DNA of 63,985 bases, counting the filler, from Catajapyx aquilonaris (taxonomy: Eukaryota), in assembly GCA_000934665.2 (NCBI GenBank). It is 3 parts of 3 records of this genome, joined end to end, with 100 filler letters (N's around TTAATTAATTAA, not from the genome) between each part and the next. Parts side by side here need not be neighbours in the genome. Positions count along the whole stretch, not along the records: positions 21,402 to 42,972 come from JYFJ02006100.1; positions 43,073 to 63,985 come from JYFJ02006165.1; 1 more part is not named here. One strand, given 5' to 3'. The notes beneath the pieces were generated by a model that searched no databases, had not been told where the DNA came from, and worked only from the letters and a program-made list of their open reading frames with translations. This document shows, piece after piece, positions 38,201 through 49,400 of the stretch (positions are counted from its first letter, which is position 1; every line of letters starts with the position of its first letter). Position numbers and translations under genes: made by a program.

Positions 38201-40656
38201 TGATTGATAGGGAAATTGGTATGGAGCTATATTCCCCCTCAGTTTTCCTCTTATTGGAAGAAATTATAGGCATATTTTCTCCAAGTAAAATGTAGACAAA
38301 GTGTTTCCTGGGTACCATCCACTATGTCCCTTCCCTTTTGCTTGCACTGCTGTAACATAGTGCACATTATAGTAAATGATGTCATTTGAAACTTCAAGAG
38401 GCTAGGCACAAAAAGTGGTTTATATTGAAAAGAAAGTTATTCTGATTTTGATGGTTCTTTTAGCCCCACCAGTCAAGAGGCCTGCACCATCGTGGGACTT
38501 GGTGGCTGGTATGGGGATAGGACTGGGTGGAACTATGACCCTGGGCAGCCTTGGTGGAAGCAGAGGTAGTGGGGGTGGGGGTGTGCCAGTAGGAGGGACA
38601 GTTGGGGGTCTGTCATCAGCCTTGGGGCCCTCCCCTACCAGCTCCTTGGGCGGGAGGCCCATGCTCAACCACCTCAATGGTAAAGCCAAGGTGGCTGCTG
38701 TGGCAAGGCTTGGAGGTAGAAAACAGGTCATCTCGTGGATGGATGCCCCTGATGACGTCTATTTCCGCTCAACAGATGCTACAAGGTAAAATTGTCAGCC
38801 TTGGTTCTCAGGATTGCAGTTGTAATTTGTAGCCATATTTTAGTACCCATTTTTGTCATTTGGTGTAGCAAATGTTGCATGTATATTTTCAGTGTTGTAC
38901 AATGTTTCTGAGAAATAGTGAACCTCAGCCTCTTGCCTGCCAAATTGTCACAAGTGATATTGGAACCTCAAGTATTTCTTTGTGTGCATGTGTGGGGCAT
39001 AAGTGGATGTTTCTGAGACACCCTTTCTGAATGCTGATCAACTGAAGGATACCAAGGGCAGAGTAGTGAAAAAATTGCAATCGGACTTGAACAGATGAGA
39101 AGCTGACACTACATAACATTCATATTGTAGAGTGTGGCATCAGGGCATCATTCCAGGTGGAGTAGTAGTTAACAGCTTTTATTGAAATACATTCTACTCA
39201 TCTAGGAATTCCATTTAGATTTGTTGCAACATTTCTGCACAGATATTTAATATGGTGTCGTTTACTGCAGGGAGCTTTTGTAACCAACTTTTAGGTGGAG
39301 CTTATTACAAAAAGGATTTTTTTCCCCCCATCTCGATTTTTGTATAGTTAGATTCTAATTGGTGCAGCCAGAAGAGAAAATCAAAAGAAAGTAAACTAGT
39401 GTAGAGGTTAAGGATGACCTGGGATTGTCTGCCCAGGTTATGCACCCATTGATGCTCATCATGTAATAATTAAGAATGATTATTATTTCTCTAGAGGTCA
39501 CTAGATGGTACTTGGATAGCCCAGTTGAAAAATAGCACAAAATATTAAAGATCTTGATATTTGCATGTTTTAAATTCTGTGGGGAATTTTGAACATAAAC
39601 TACCCATTACATTATTTTCAGTGATGAAACATGAACTGTCCAAAAACAAGTCCAGGTTGCATCTCATTTGGATTTTCTCATAGTTGATTCAACCTGAATT
39701 TATGTACTTGATGCGTGAAATTGTTTACAAGAGAAAACAGCACCTTACTTTTTGAATTAAGGCTATATCAATATTTAGTGGTTGAATTGTACCAGCTGAG
39801 TAATGTGCACATGCTTTCAATTCAGTAAAATCTTGCCCCATTCTGCAACTGCTGCAATCAGATGTAGGTTTCTTCACTGAGAGTGAAGAGTGGATTTTCA
39901 TCCGGGTGGTAGCCTGGACCATTTTTTGTGGAGTATACTTTTAGGAGCTGACAGTGTTTTGATGTTTTAGTTATTACCTGCCGACATTTGCTTCAAAAAC
40001 ATCATCGGATATTGTAAGACTTATTTGGGGCAATTGCATGATATTAAATGTGGAACTTCGTCTCGACTAGTTAATGCACAGCTTATAAAAAGTTCAGAAT
40101 TTTTGCTCCTAAAATGTTCGCAGAATACTGCCACTGAAAGGAACTCGCATCACTTCTGCAACCTTCTTTCATGTATTACTGTTAATTTTTTAATTCTTCT
40201 AGTATCTTTGTGTACTCTCTTGCTTCTCTGCAGCTTGGTTCAGGGAATCTGCTAGCCACCTGAGAAACCAGTTTTCAGAATTTCAAAGAAGTTAGTAAGT
40301 TGTGCATGTGAATTACATTGCAAGCATAAATCAAGCAAGCAATAGTTGGACGTGTGACACTACTCCTTTGGGGGCACAACTGGCTTCTCAGGCAAGCTTG
40401 TTGCCATTGCTAGCCATTGCAGAAATGCTGCTACTCAAGGAAAGCGCCTTTTCCCATCCCCCCCTCCCGCAGAAAAATGAGGCGACAGTTGACAGCTGCC
40501 GAGCTGCGCAGGACGGCCCGAAAGCCATGGCGCAGAGTAGGTGGCTCCACCGTCAGCGGGTCAAGCATAGTTGGGGGTGGTGGCACTGGAGGTGGGGGAG
40601 GAGGTGGAGGGTCGTCAGGACCTCGTGGTGAAGACCCTGTTGTCGTTCTTGATTGA
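22840..40656 (+). CDS. MTA1-like: Metastasis-associated protein MTA1-like (NuRD subunit), spliced gene model of about 939 aa from ATG 22840
   Basis: join(22840 or 23024..23211, 29036..29356, 29842..30030, 30134..30267, 33035..33132, 33206..33376, 33709..34179, 35570..35918, 37430..37638, 38464..38785, 40473..40656). All introns GT-AG and phase-compatible. The N-terminal half of the BAH domain was not found in this contig. Confidence 0.93.
24084..24314. mobile_element. Tc1/mariner-type MITE
   Basis: TA|CAGGGTG...CACCCTG|TA with imperfect TIRs of about 70 bp. Confidence 0.75.
24968..25109. mobile_element. TA-flanked MITE
   Basis: ctattgggttcaaatacttttggccactttatcctggtcttgaagcaa and its near-perfect inverse, both ends flanked by TA. 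Confidence 0.8.
25155..25665 (+). mobile_element. Tigger/pogo-family non-autonomous fragment (MER2-like), split by a younger MITE
   Basis: aaatccacggatgctcaag...tatataaaatggcatagtgtttgcatataacctac...tctagatta // taatacctaata...atgtaaatagttg...aatgacaagaaaaaa resembles the MER2 consensus as remembered. Confidence 0.65.
25253..25509 (+). mobile_element. MITE family X, copy 1
   Basis: TIR attgaggcgctcagag(g)aaaaacggcatatcccaacc, TA flanks; second copy at 30617-30874. Confidence 0.85.
25815..25890. repeat. Hairpin with 36-bp arms and 4-nt loop
   Basis: tttagttgaggttcaagatgaaggacatccaagaca-cagc-inverse with one mismatch. Confidence 0.85.
28089..28484. mobile_element. Tigger-like MITE
   Basis: aggcagtccccaacttacata / tatgtaagttggggactacctg termini plus internal inverted aatattctgaaaccacaac. 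Confidence 0.6.
29036..29356 (+). CDS. MTA1-like: MTA exon B (BAH end and ELM2)
   Basis: catag|[31 protein letters not shown]...[33 protein letters not shown]|gtgagt. Confidence 0.95.
29842..30030 (+). CDS. MTA1-like: MTA exon C (ELM2 end and SANT)
   Basis: ctag|FHAMDTLH...[38 protein letters not shown]|gtgagt. Confidence 0.95.
30134..30267 (+). CDS. MTA1-like: MTA exon D (SANT)
   Basis: ttcag|[46 protein letters not shown]|gtgagt, phase 2. Confidence 0.95.
30617..30874 (-). mobile_element. MITE family X, copy 2 (inverted relative to copy 1)
   Basis: Internal sequence is the reverse complement of 25253-25509 with scattered substitutions. Confidence 0.85.
32171..32642. mobile_element. pogo-like MITE
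   Basis: taaggtaggtgtcccagtgatcgacac / gtgtctaccactggaacacttacctta termini; internal gtgtcgattactgg repeats. Confidence 0.65.
33035..33132 (+). CDS. MTA1-like: MTA exon E (start of GATA-type zinc finger)
   Basis: ttacag|(Y)[32 protein letters not shown]|gtaagc. Confidence 0.9.
33206..33376 (+). CDS. MTA1-like: MTA exon F (GATA-type zinc finger)
   Basis: (I)[38 protein letters not shown]; donor GAAG|gtgctt. Confidence 0.9.
33709..34179 (+). CDS. MTA1-like: MTA exon G (C2H2-like finger, R1 region, Gly-rich tail); 3' donor uncertain
   Basis: tttcag|...[26 protein letters not shown]...[22 protein letters not shown]...RHAARAPF; best phase-1 donor CAG|gtgccg at 34180. Confidence 0.82.
35570..35918 (+). 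CDS. MTA1-like: MTA exon H
   Basis: caaag| phase 1, Ser/Pro/Gly-rich then [12 protein letters not shown]...PTWLLPT...[16 protein letters not shown]; donor AG|gtaata phase 2. Confidence 0.85.
36084..37206. mobile_element. Fold-back DNA transposon remnant with CACTA-like start, carrying a nested MITE
   Basis: Inverted arms about 36257-36565 and 36720-37206; 36084-36370 is homologous to 50817-51110. Confidence 0.7.
37001..37160. mobile_element. MITE nested in the fold-back arm
   Basis: agtcggttagaggatttccttaccacatgagg...aacagaggt and inverse; arms about 58 bp. Confidence 0.75.
37430..37638 (+). CDS. MTA1-like: MTA exon I (poly-Ala14, [13 protein letters not shown])
   Basis: aacag| phase 2; donor G|gtatgt phase 1; both phases fit neighbouring exons. 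Confidence 0.82.
38464..38785 (+). CDS. MTA1-like: MTA exon J
   Basis: tttag|APPVKRP...[24 protein letters not shown], carrying the MTA W(I/M)DAPxDVF-like motif; donor AG|gtaaaa. Confidence 0.9.
40473..40656 (+). CDS. MTA1-like: MTA terminal exon K to the canonical stop
   Basis: cccgcag|[20 protein letters not shown]...EDPVVVLD*, comparable to the vertebrate MTA1 C-terminus KRAARRPY...EPIVIED as remembered. Confidence 0.9.
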
Positions 40657-41447
40657 CGCCTGGGGAGTGGCCACGCAGGGCTGCCAGGTGCAGACCACTC
40701 TGACTGCAGTGACGACGAGGATGTGGGAGAGCAGGAGCTAGTGGTGCCTGTGAGTACGAGTCCCACTCCGCGCGCCCGGACCAAGGCATAACTTATTACT
40801 TTGATTTAACTTTTATCTCATGCCCCATCCATCCCATCAGCCTGGATATTTCATCACTTCGTGGGCCTCCCCCAGTGAGCCTAATCCCTCCCTGCACCTG
40901 CTTACCACCCAGCCCCAATGGTTTTTACAACTACTCGGGTTCTGTTTCATTTGTGTGTGAGGGCAGAATAGATAAAAGACAAATTTCATTTTTTCTATAT
41001 GTGGGGAAGGGTGGTATGGGAGGGGGGGGTGTTCAAAGGTGGCCAGCTGGACATGTAGGGTTCGTTTCAGTGTTTTTTCCAGTAATTCCCCCGAGTAAAA
41101 GAAACAAACAGTACACAATAACGTGTATATGCACCTGATGTACATAAAAACAATGTGTTTTTTCCTCGAGAAAAAATTGCACACCCGTCTCTTTTTTTGT
41201 TTGTTTGTTTTTCTATCCACCTACCCCTTCTGCCCATCTTTTTTTTTTTTTTTTTTGTATTTACACAGACTATCCTTCAATGAAATTCCCCATGTCCTCC
41301 CTCCCAATCTGCGCCATCAACTCCCCATTCTCCACCCATTCACCTCCCTACCCCCCACTATTCCCCCTGCCCCTTTAATGCAGAAAATAAAGAAAAAAAA
41401 GTACTGTCTCTCTGTAACTTGCTACTTGTGCCCAAAATTTTTTCTAC

Positions 41448-41453
41448 AATAAA
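41448..41453 (+). promoter_or_regulatory. Candidate polyadenylation signal of MTA
   Basis: AATAAA about 0.8 kb downstream of the stop, followed by T/GT-rich sequence. Confidence 0.5.
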
Positions 41454-42972
41454 CATGCAAATTGGATCATCCACATCGTCTTTTTTAGTAGTGGTTTTAT
41501 TTCAGCATGTTATCATCATGTTCTTCATCCTGTTATTACAATTTTAGGATGCGATTATAAGCAATTTTAATAATTTTGCGTCAGGGATGAGAGCTGGAAA
41601 ACCAATAAAGCACTGGCCCAGTTTCTCTCTGGATCTCTATTTAACCCAAAGGAGCTATGGAAATGATAAAATATTGACATGTGTAAGGGACATTATTTAA
41701 GGCATGTAAGACAACTTTATTATGGAGATTAGACCTTCATAAATTGTCACCCTGAGCAGAACTGCCTGAAAAAGTTCCCTTTTTCATTTATTGATGCGTA
41801 GCAAATGATACAACATGGCAATGCCACAGCATGCACACCTGCTTTCTCAATGTCCTTGTCAAGAGCAGAAACATTTTTGTCCTTTGAGTAAGATAAGTTT
41901 GTGGTGTCATGTTCTATCAGTTTTGAATAATAGAAGGGATATCAACCTGTGAAGTAAATCCCATTTTCTTAAACATGAAATTGTGAATTTAAAGCTATAC
42001 TTGGGAAAAGACAATATGAAGCCAAACGAAGGCACAAGTTTCTTGTGTTAGAGGGGGTGCTTCCCCATTAGCTGTGACACTGGTCAACCAAGGGGAGCAG
42101 CTTCCCAGCGCGATGTGTAGAAAGCACTAATTCAAGACCTGACCGCTATGTTCGTCTTGAAGAGAAGCAGGCACATCAAGGTGAGATTTGGTGGTCAAGA
42201 CACACCAGGGACAGACCAAATGGATATTTGTAGTGCTGCAATACATTTTTATCAGGGCTCTTCTCAATGGGCAATGACAAGTTGACCTGCACCATTGTTT
42301 GGGGTTGTTTTTGATAAGGGTATCATTAGGATGTGCATTCCAAAGTGACTTAAGATAGGAATCCTCTTGCAGGCACCACTCTTCTGCTGCACTGTAAGAG
42401 ACAACTGACTCCAATCATGACAATCCTTTCGTTAACATATCACAAGATGGATATTTTCCAAATTCCCAGAGAAGAAAAAAAGTTACAGGAGCCGACTCCT
42501 AGTGCAACAGAGATAGCCTACGGTATATTTCTATGAAAAAATTCAAGCCTGTAATCCTGGTAATATAGAGGTTTGGTTTATTATCACTATCCAGGATGAT
42601 TTTCACTTGGACAGCAACACATATGATAATATTTTCACTCCGAATGTGACATATATGTGATGATTCTCGCTCTGATGATTTTATATTAACTAGTGATGCA
42701 AAACTGTCACTTGGCTCTGCACATCATGATTCTCTACACAAGTTTTACATACAGTCATGCCTTTAACCTTTGGGCAGTAGTGTATGCAAGGGAAAACCCT
42801 TATTGAATCTATCACAAACATTGACGTGTGGAAACTGAAAAATCCATCAATTCCATAACATATGTCATTGCCAACAATTTGAGTTATGATTATGATGGAC
42901 TTGGAGGTACAAAAATTCGACTTATGGAAGCCATTTTCGCAACCAATGCAGGCGCGGATCCAGGGGGGGGGG

Positions 42973-43072
42973 NNNNNNNNNNNNNNNNNNNNNNNNNNNN
43001 NNNNNNNNNNNNNNNNTTAATTAATTAANNNNNNNNNNNNNNNNNNNNNNNNNNNNNNNNNNNNNNNNNNNN
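42973..43072. other. Artificial contig-joining spacer (N44-TTAATTAATTAA-N44)
   Basis: Identical structure to the first spacer; preceded by a poly-G run. Confidence 0.97.
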
Positions 43073-43352
43073 GCAGCCCAGTCTTGTTTCAGTAATTTCT
43101 ATCCGTTACTTGGATCTTACTTTCCTTTTTTTTTACAATTCCGTAGGGAATTAGTTTTTGTGATAATTGGCATTTATGCAAGCAGAATGTAACTTATGTA
43201 AATGGATTCACTGACACAATTTTAAAAGCCTGGGAATATCATAAATGTTAGAATATAAAAACTTTCCAAGTGTGGTATGCCAGTTCTGTTCTATTATTAT
43301 TTTATTCTCACCTGAGTTCTTGTGTGGAAAACTTTGGTAACAGATCACGACG

Positions 43353-43433
43353 TCATGGCTTGGCCTTCACACGGGAGACACTGCATTTCTTCTGGAAACA
43401 CTGTAGCTTATTCTGCAAACCTTGTATAATGGG
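43353..43433 (-). CDS. CAP-D2-like: CAP-D2-like terminal exon 19
   Basis: ttccag|PIIQGLQNKLQCFQKK...KAKP* (~AIIDEFEQKLRACH); AATAAA on the - strand at 43301-43306. Confidence 0.78.
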   Translation of the reverse strand, partial: PIIQGLQNKLQCFQKKCSVSRVKAKP

Positions 43434-46400
43434 CTGGAAGGATTAGAATGATTAGAATGTAGGCTATCATAATAACATATGGCAGGGCATGTACAGAAAC
43501 AACCTAAACTCAACTAGATCAGAGAAGGGAAACCCGAGCTTGTGATATATTCGTGTGATATATTTCAGTATACAGGGTGTTTATTGTAACTGCAAAGACT
43601 TTCAGGGGTAATAGAGGGGACCAAGACAAGCATTTTCGACATAGGAACCCGTGTCCGGAAACGCCATCTAGAGGGGGTTCATAGACGAGGAACTGGTGTG
43701 CTCAGACGCGTCACGCGAGAGGCACTAGTCGAGAAGACTGTTTTGTTGATAGATGGCGAGCAGTTGTTGCCAGGTTATGGTGTATCGCGTCGTTGTAAGT
43801 CAACAACAACGCGATACGCCATAACCTGGCAACAACAGAACCGCTGTTGACTATCCGCGCATCTCCTAGGAGGCGGACTTAACTTGCTAGATGGCTCTGC
43901 TGTTGCCAGGTTATGCCACATCGCATCGTTGGTTACTATCCGAGCGCCATCTATCAACAAAACAGTCCGCTCGACTAGCGCCTATCGCGTGACGCGTCTG
44001 AGTGCACCCGTTCCTTGTCTATGAACCCCCTCTAGATGGCGTTTCCGGACACGGGTTCCTATGTCAAAAATACTTGTCTTGGTCCCCTCTATTACCCCTG
44101 AAAGTCTTTGCAGAGTTACAATAAACATATAGTCATTTACCCCAGGATCTTTCTGTAATATTTATAAGGCTAACTCTGGAGGTAGGTCTTGTTTACGGGT
44201 AGACCATAGGTACCCTTAACTAACATACGGGTACTGTACATTGACACTTAGTCGATTTTTTTTTCCTCTATCGCCTGGTGATGTCCATTTAGCCCTAAAT
44301 ATTCATAATGAGTCAGCAAGCCAGGATTTTCTGCGGTCACACTTGTGTAAGCAAGTTCAAGATCGAAATTAATCTTTGCTTTGGATTAACTCGAAACTGG
44401 TTTTTAGTGTATTTATATAATAAATTTATAAATTTATATAATAATTAATGTACGGCGATATAGAGCATTTCTCTTATAATGGACTACTATGTATATAATC
44501 ACTGTAGGAATGCTGCGGAATTAGATTGCTCACCATCGTGTCCTGTAGAAGTTCCAAATCAGCCTTCTTAGCCTTGTCTACGACAGCTGAAATATACTTC
44601 TCTACTTCTGGTTTGGTCAGTCGGATTTCCACACACCTGTCGAACGTGTTATGCAAGGCACCCAGAGAACTGAAACTGTGATTCAACTTTTGGAGGCAAT
44701 ATGCGATCATGACCCAGGCTGTTTCATTGTGGGACTTTCTCATTTCCTGGCATAAATTCCTCACCAGCAGGAGTCCTAAGTACTTGGGCCCATTGATCAC
44801 ACCACAGATAAAGCTGGAAGATGGATTGTGTGTGAAGCAGCCAAATTGCGATTGGAGGAAAGCAAAGTGATAATATAAAAATAAAAGATATAATATTATA
44901 CTCACTCCATTATCACGTAAAGTTGCTCGTCGGTAAGTCCCCGTTGGCATAGGCGAGGTATTGCACCAGGAAGCATGCTGGCCATAGTTGTAATTCTATC
45001 TCCAATTTCAACCAAAATCATCTCAGATGATTTGCGCAAATCGGAATCTACATCAACCAGGCACAGAAGTAGCTCTGACACCATACCCTGCTTTAGTCGA
45101 ATGGTACGCCCCATAATGAGCTCGCAAATGGTGCTGTGAACCTTCCTCCTCACACTGATTTGGTAAGATTTATTCTGCAAGCTGAAAGAATGCATTGATT
45201 ATTACAGGTGCACACATACATCAATATGTAATGAAACCTACATGTGGAACAGAGAGTTCATATGCTGCTCCATGCAATGTAAGTGGGCGTGTCCTAGCTT
45301 CACGAAGTATTCCAGAATTTCCATTCGAATTTTATGAAATGGACACATTCGAAGCATTTTCAACATGATCTGAAGATGAATAAAATAATGTAATTAGCTT
45401 CGACGGAGATACTGTATATACGTATATTACCGTGCCTTAAAAGTAAATAACCTTTAGGCATTAAATTCTTTTAAAGAATTTTCCCCAAAATGTAACATAG
45501 TCACACATTGGCCCAGCTCTTTACAAAAACACCATATCGATCGAATAATTTTCAAGCAGTGTTACCAAAATAATTTTGTAAGCCTAAGTCGAGCACTGCC
45601 AAACTTATTTCTTCGTCTCTTGGTCATGCCCTACCATGGCATTACTTAAACAGTTCACTATTGATCCATATTTCAGCATCCTTCTTACAATCCTGATGTA
45701 GTACTAGTCGTGTTTATTGTTATTTTTTTTTACATCTAAATAGCACATTTTTGTATGACTGTTATTGGCATCGAGCAACCGCTATGCTATACTGTACACT
45801 GTACAGTCGGCTCAAGGAGTATGTTACCAGACCCCTAACCTAGAAATTAGATTAGATTTCGGGGCTGAAGGTTTCCATACCTCCCAGGTTACTTTGTACT
45901 TGTCGTTTGAAGGCAATTATCTCAGTAACTATACTGTATACTGTATAGGCTTACAAAATATGACACCATAGTACTACGGCCGGGTTGCACTATCGCGTGT
46001 TTCTCTCAAAACGCCAGGGGCTCCTATTCTATGAGTAGGCCTATTAATTATTGGGCAACAAGAATACCTAATAATCCATCAATAATTATTGAGATCTCCA
46101 TTAGTATTCAAATACCTGGGCCATCAAGATTGGTTTTTTGGTAACATTCTTTTTAAATTAATGATATGGCTCAACTAATCAATAACTGTAGGCTACTGAT
46201 TTTTGAGGAGCAGTGAGATTACATTGCGTACATGCTAATTTTCAGAAGTTACTAAATAATCCTTTCCATTTCAAACGGAAATACTATGCTTGATCTTACA
46301 GCAGTTGAGCAACTCCTATTTTTATATTTGAAAAGAATCACATGAGACTTGAGACAAACTGAAGAATGCCAGAACATTATTTTATATCTCTCTCAGCATA

Positions 46401-49400
46401 TAATAGAGTGCATTCCCATTGAGGTGTTCGTTTCATTTAATGATTTTTCGCATTACGCTGCTCGGTAGGGGAGACCGGGTCACGATGGCTACAGAGGTAC
46501 GATGGCACTGTCAAATTTTTGAAGAGGCTATTAGGTTCATGGACATAATGCTTATGTGGTAGGTGCAGATAGACATGCTCCACATTACACCTTATTTTCA
46601 ATTCAATCGCAAAAGACTGTCGGCGGCAGTACCGATTTTTTCGGTTTTTGACCCGCATTTGAGTAAATCTGAATTTCTCGTAGTTTTTATTTTTTCTTCC
46701 AACTGAAGTGCTAGATCACTGAGCCCAATAATGCGTTTACAAGGCAGAATATCTGCCTACCAAATGACAGCATAAATGGCTATTTAATATTTGTCACTCA
46801 ACAGCAGGAGGACTAGAAAGGTTTTTTTAAAAAATGCCCATGGGGCACGATGGCACATTTTGTTTGGGGCACGTTGGCACATGTCCCTACCAACCTTGGC
46901 GCACCAAATGACGATTATGGTAGAGGTAGACCGCCTCTCCCCTGTCACTTATTAGGCCGGACCCATGCACTTTTCCCAGTTGCCCACTATTCTTGCTCCT
47001 TATAGCTAGCCCCAGGAGTTATTCTGCAGGCACGCTGTTATCTTGCAGGCAAAAAGTTCTGAATATCTTGTAACATCTTTGTAATATCTTGTAACTATAT
47101 GGATATGAATTGATAATGTGTGGGCGTCACGGTGGCCGAGCGGTTAGCGCCACAGCCTTCCACCTCTAAGGTCCCGAGTTCGATCCCCGGGTCGGACGGA
47201 GGATACTTATGTGGATAGAGTTTCGATGGGTTCTCTCCGTGTTCGCGTGGGTTTTCTCGGGGTTCTCCCGTTTCCTCCCACTATCAAAATCCATCACATT
47301 ACAGGCAAATGATTAAAGTCGGTCTATTAAAAGATAATCCCCTAAGAGGCCCAAGGGGCCTATCACGGGGTATCCATCATTAATTGATAATGTGTGTGGA
47401 AGTTATTTTAATATTATTTCATAAGCCTTATATTACTGTGCCAACATGCCCCATGGTGCCCCGGGCAAGGGGCACTACGGCACACTTGCAGAGGCTTTTT
47501 AAATAATTTATAGTGGATAGCATATTTAAAATGCGAACATGTGAAAATATCACATACCGGTACCGGTATATGCTCAAATGTCTAAAGTATTTATCAGTAT
47601 AAAAATTACAGTGAACTGGCCTCAGAAAAAAATTAAATGTAAAAATAATTGTGCCATCTAGCCCCGGTCTCCTTTACTAAGCAGTTTTTTATTTTATTTT
47701 GATGTTAACCCGTGATACAACTGTAAGCTGTTATAGGGGGGTGGCATACCACCATCAGTTTTCTGGTGTTTTTTCGACTTTTTTTCGCTCTCCAGTGCAA
47801 GGAATCAAGGATATAGGGTAAGGATAGGGGTTTTTGGGGAGGGAACATGGGTGCAAGTGCAATGTCTGTAAAGGGGTCAGCATGTGCTGTTCCCCAGGAG
47901 GTTAGGTTGCCAGGCACCTCCAAGGAGCCCCTGACGCGGGTGAAAGGGACATCCCAGGCAGGGATCGAACCTGGGACCTTTCAATCAGCAAGCCAAGATA
48001 TTACCATCTCTGCCACCACACCTCCCCCCTTACTAAGCAGCTAGTTTAGGGGTAGTCTAATCACAAAATATTATTAGCTGTTAATATTAGGTGGATCAAG
48101 CACATCATTTCAAAGCACGGAGGGAGGGTCTAACTCTAACCTGAAAAAAATCGCAAGGTTTTTTCAGAAGGAAATGTAATCTTGCTAGTTACCTCCATGT
48201 TTTCTGTGCAAAACTTAGGGGAATGCACCATGTATCTTAGATTCATCAGTGATGCAGCTTCCCAGACGACTAAGTTCTCGTACATTTTGGGCTGGTTCCC
48301 TAAATCCCACATGATCTTCCTGAAACATTAAAATAATGTGTATACTAATAATAATATGTTTCTAATCACAGGCAGCAACTGAAATAAAAAAGGCTCGTAC
48401 ATTATCCCAGTCTGGACAAGGCGGGATAGTGTCATCTTGCTAGGAAGCAGCCAATTGATGATGTCAGTCGTTTGTACATCACAGTCGGATTGTTTTGCCA
48501 TGTTGCAAGGGGCTTTACCCGGAGGTGGTGTGAGTACTTTCTTCCTGAGTTTGTCCCACAGTTGCCTGCTGAGAGGTCTATTACAATGCTTCGATCTCGT
48601 CTTTGGACATGAGTTGGTGCGCGCATCTATTTCCCCCTTCAACCTCTCCATCCGGTCAAGATGAAGCATGGCAATGCGAGACACCAATAAGATGAGATGT
48701 TCCTTGTGGGTTAGTGTCAACTCTTTAAATGATTTGACTTTCGCCATCACTCTTTTTAGTAAGTTCTCGCAGACCACAGTGGGATCCTTGGCCACCTGAA
48801 ATGTATATGGAATTAGTTATTACCCAAATGGAATGGAGGACCGTGGACTCGACATAAACGTATATTATATACTGTCAAGAGCTAATGATACTGTATATTG
48901 CCTGTATATTTGGCTTGGTTTCTATTGGTTAGAGATATTCCCATACATTGTACTTCAGTTGAAGTGTCTGTAGTGGTTAGAGTGGTTAGTAATTTTTTGC
49001 ACTAAGCTAATTACTTTTAAGCAGATTATTGGGAGTAGATACTTTTGGAGGTTGTCAAAATTATTAGCGGCTTAGAGTAGATTGAATGGATGATCCTTTT
49101 AACGAATGCAGATGGTCTAACGCACAGGCTCTGAACAGTGAGTTTAACCATGGACTTGGAGTATCAGTGGGTCAAAATGAGCATTTAGCAATGTCTCAAC
49201 ATTGGAATTACATTGAAATGCACAGCCTCAAGGGATGCTTCCATTAAACCGACAATCATATTACAAGCTATGGGTTCTCTTCGTACTCGGTGTGTTTTCC
49301 ATTTTCCTCCCACAAACAGAATCAATCACAGCACAATAATGAAAAAATATTAATATTGAAACGAGTATCCCCGATGAGCCCACATGTCTCTCAGAGAGTC

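Noticed and set aside
43308..43355. Readthrough at the CAP-D2-like stop (also UGA-C)
   Set aside because: Only 14 codons to the next stop, with no compositional or structural support; compatible with chance.
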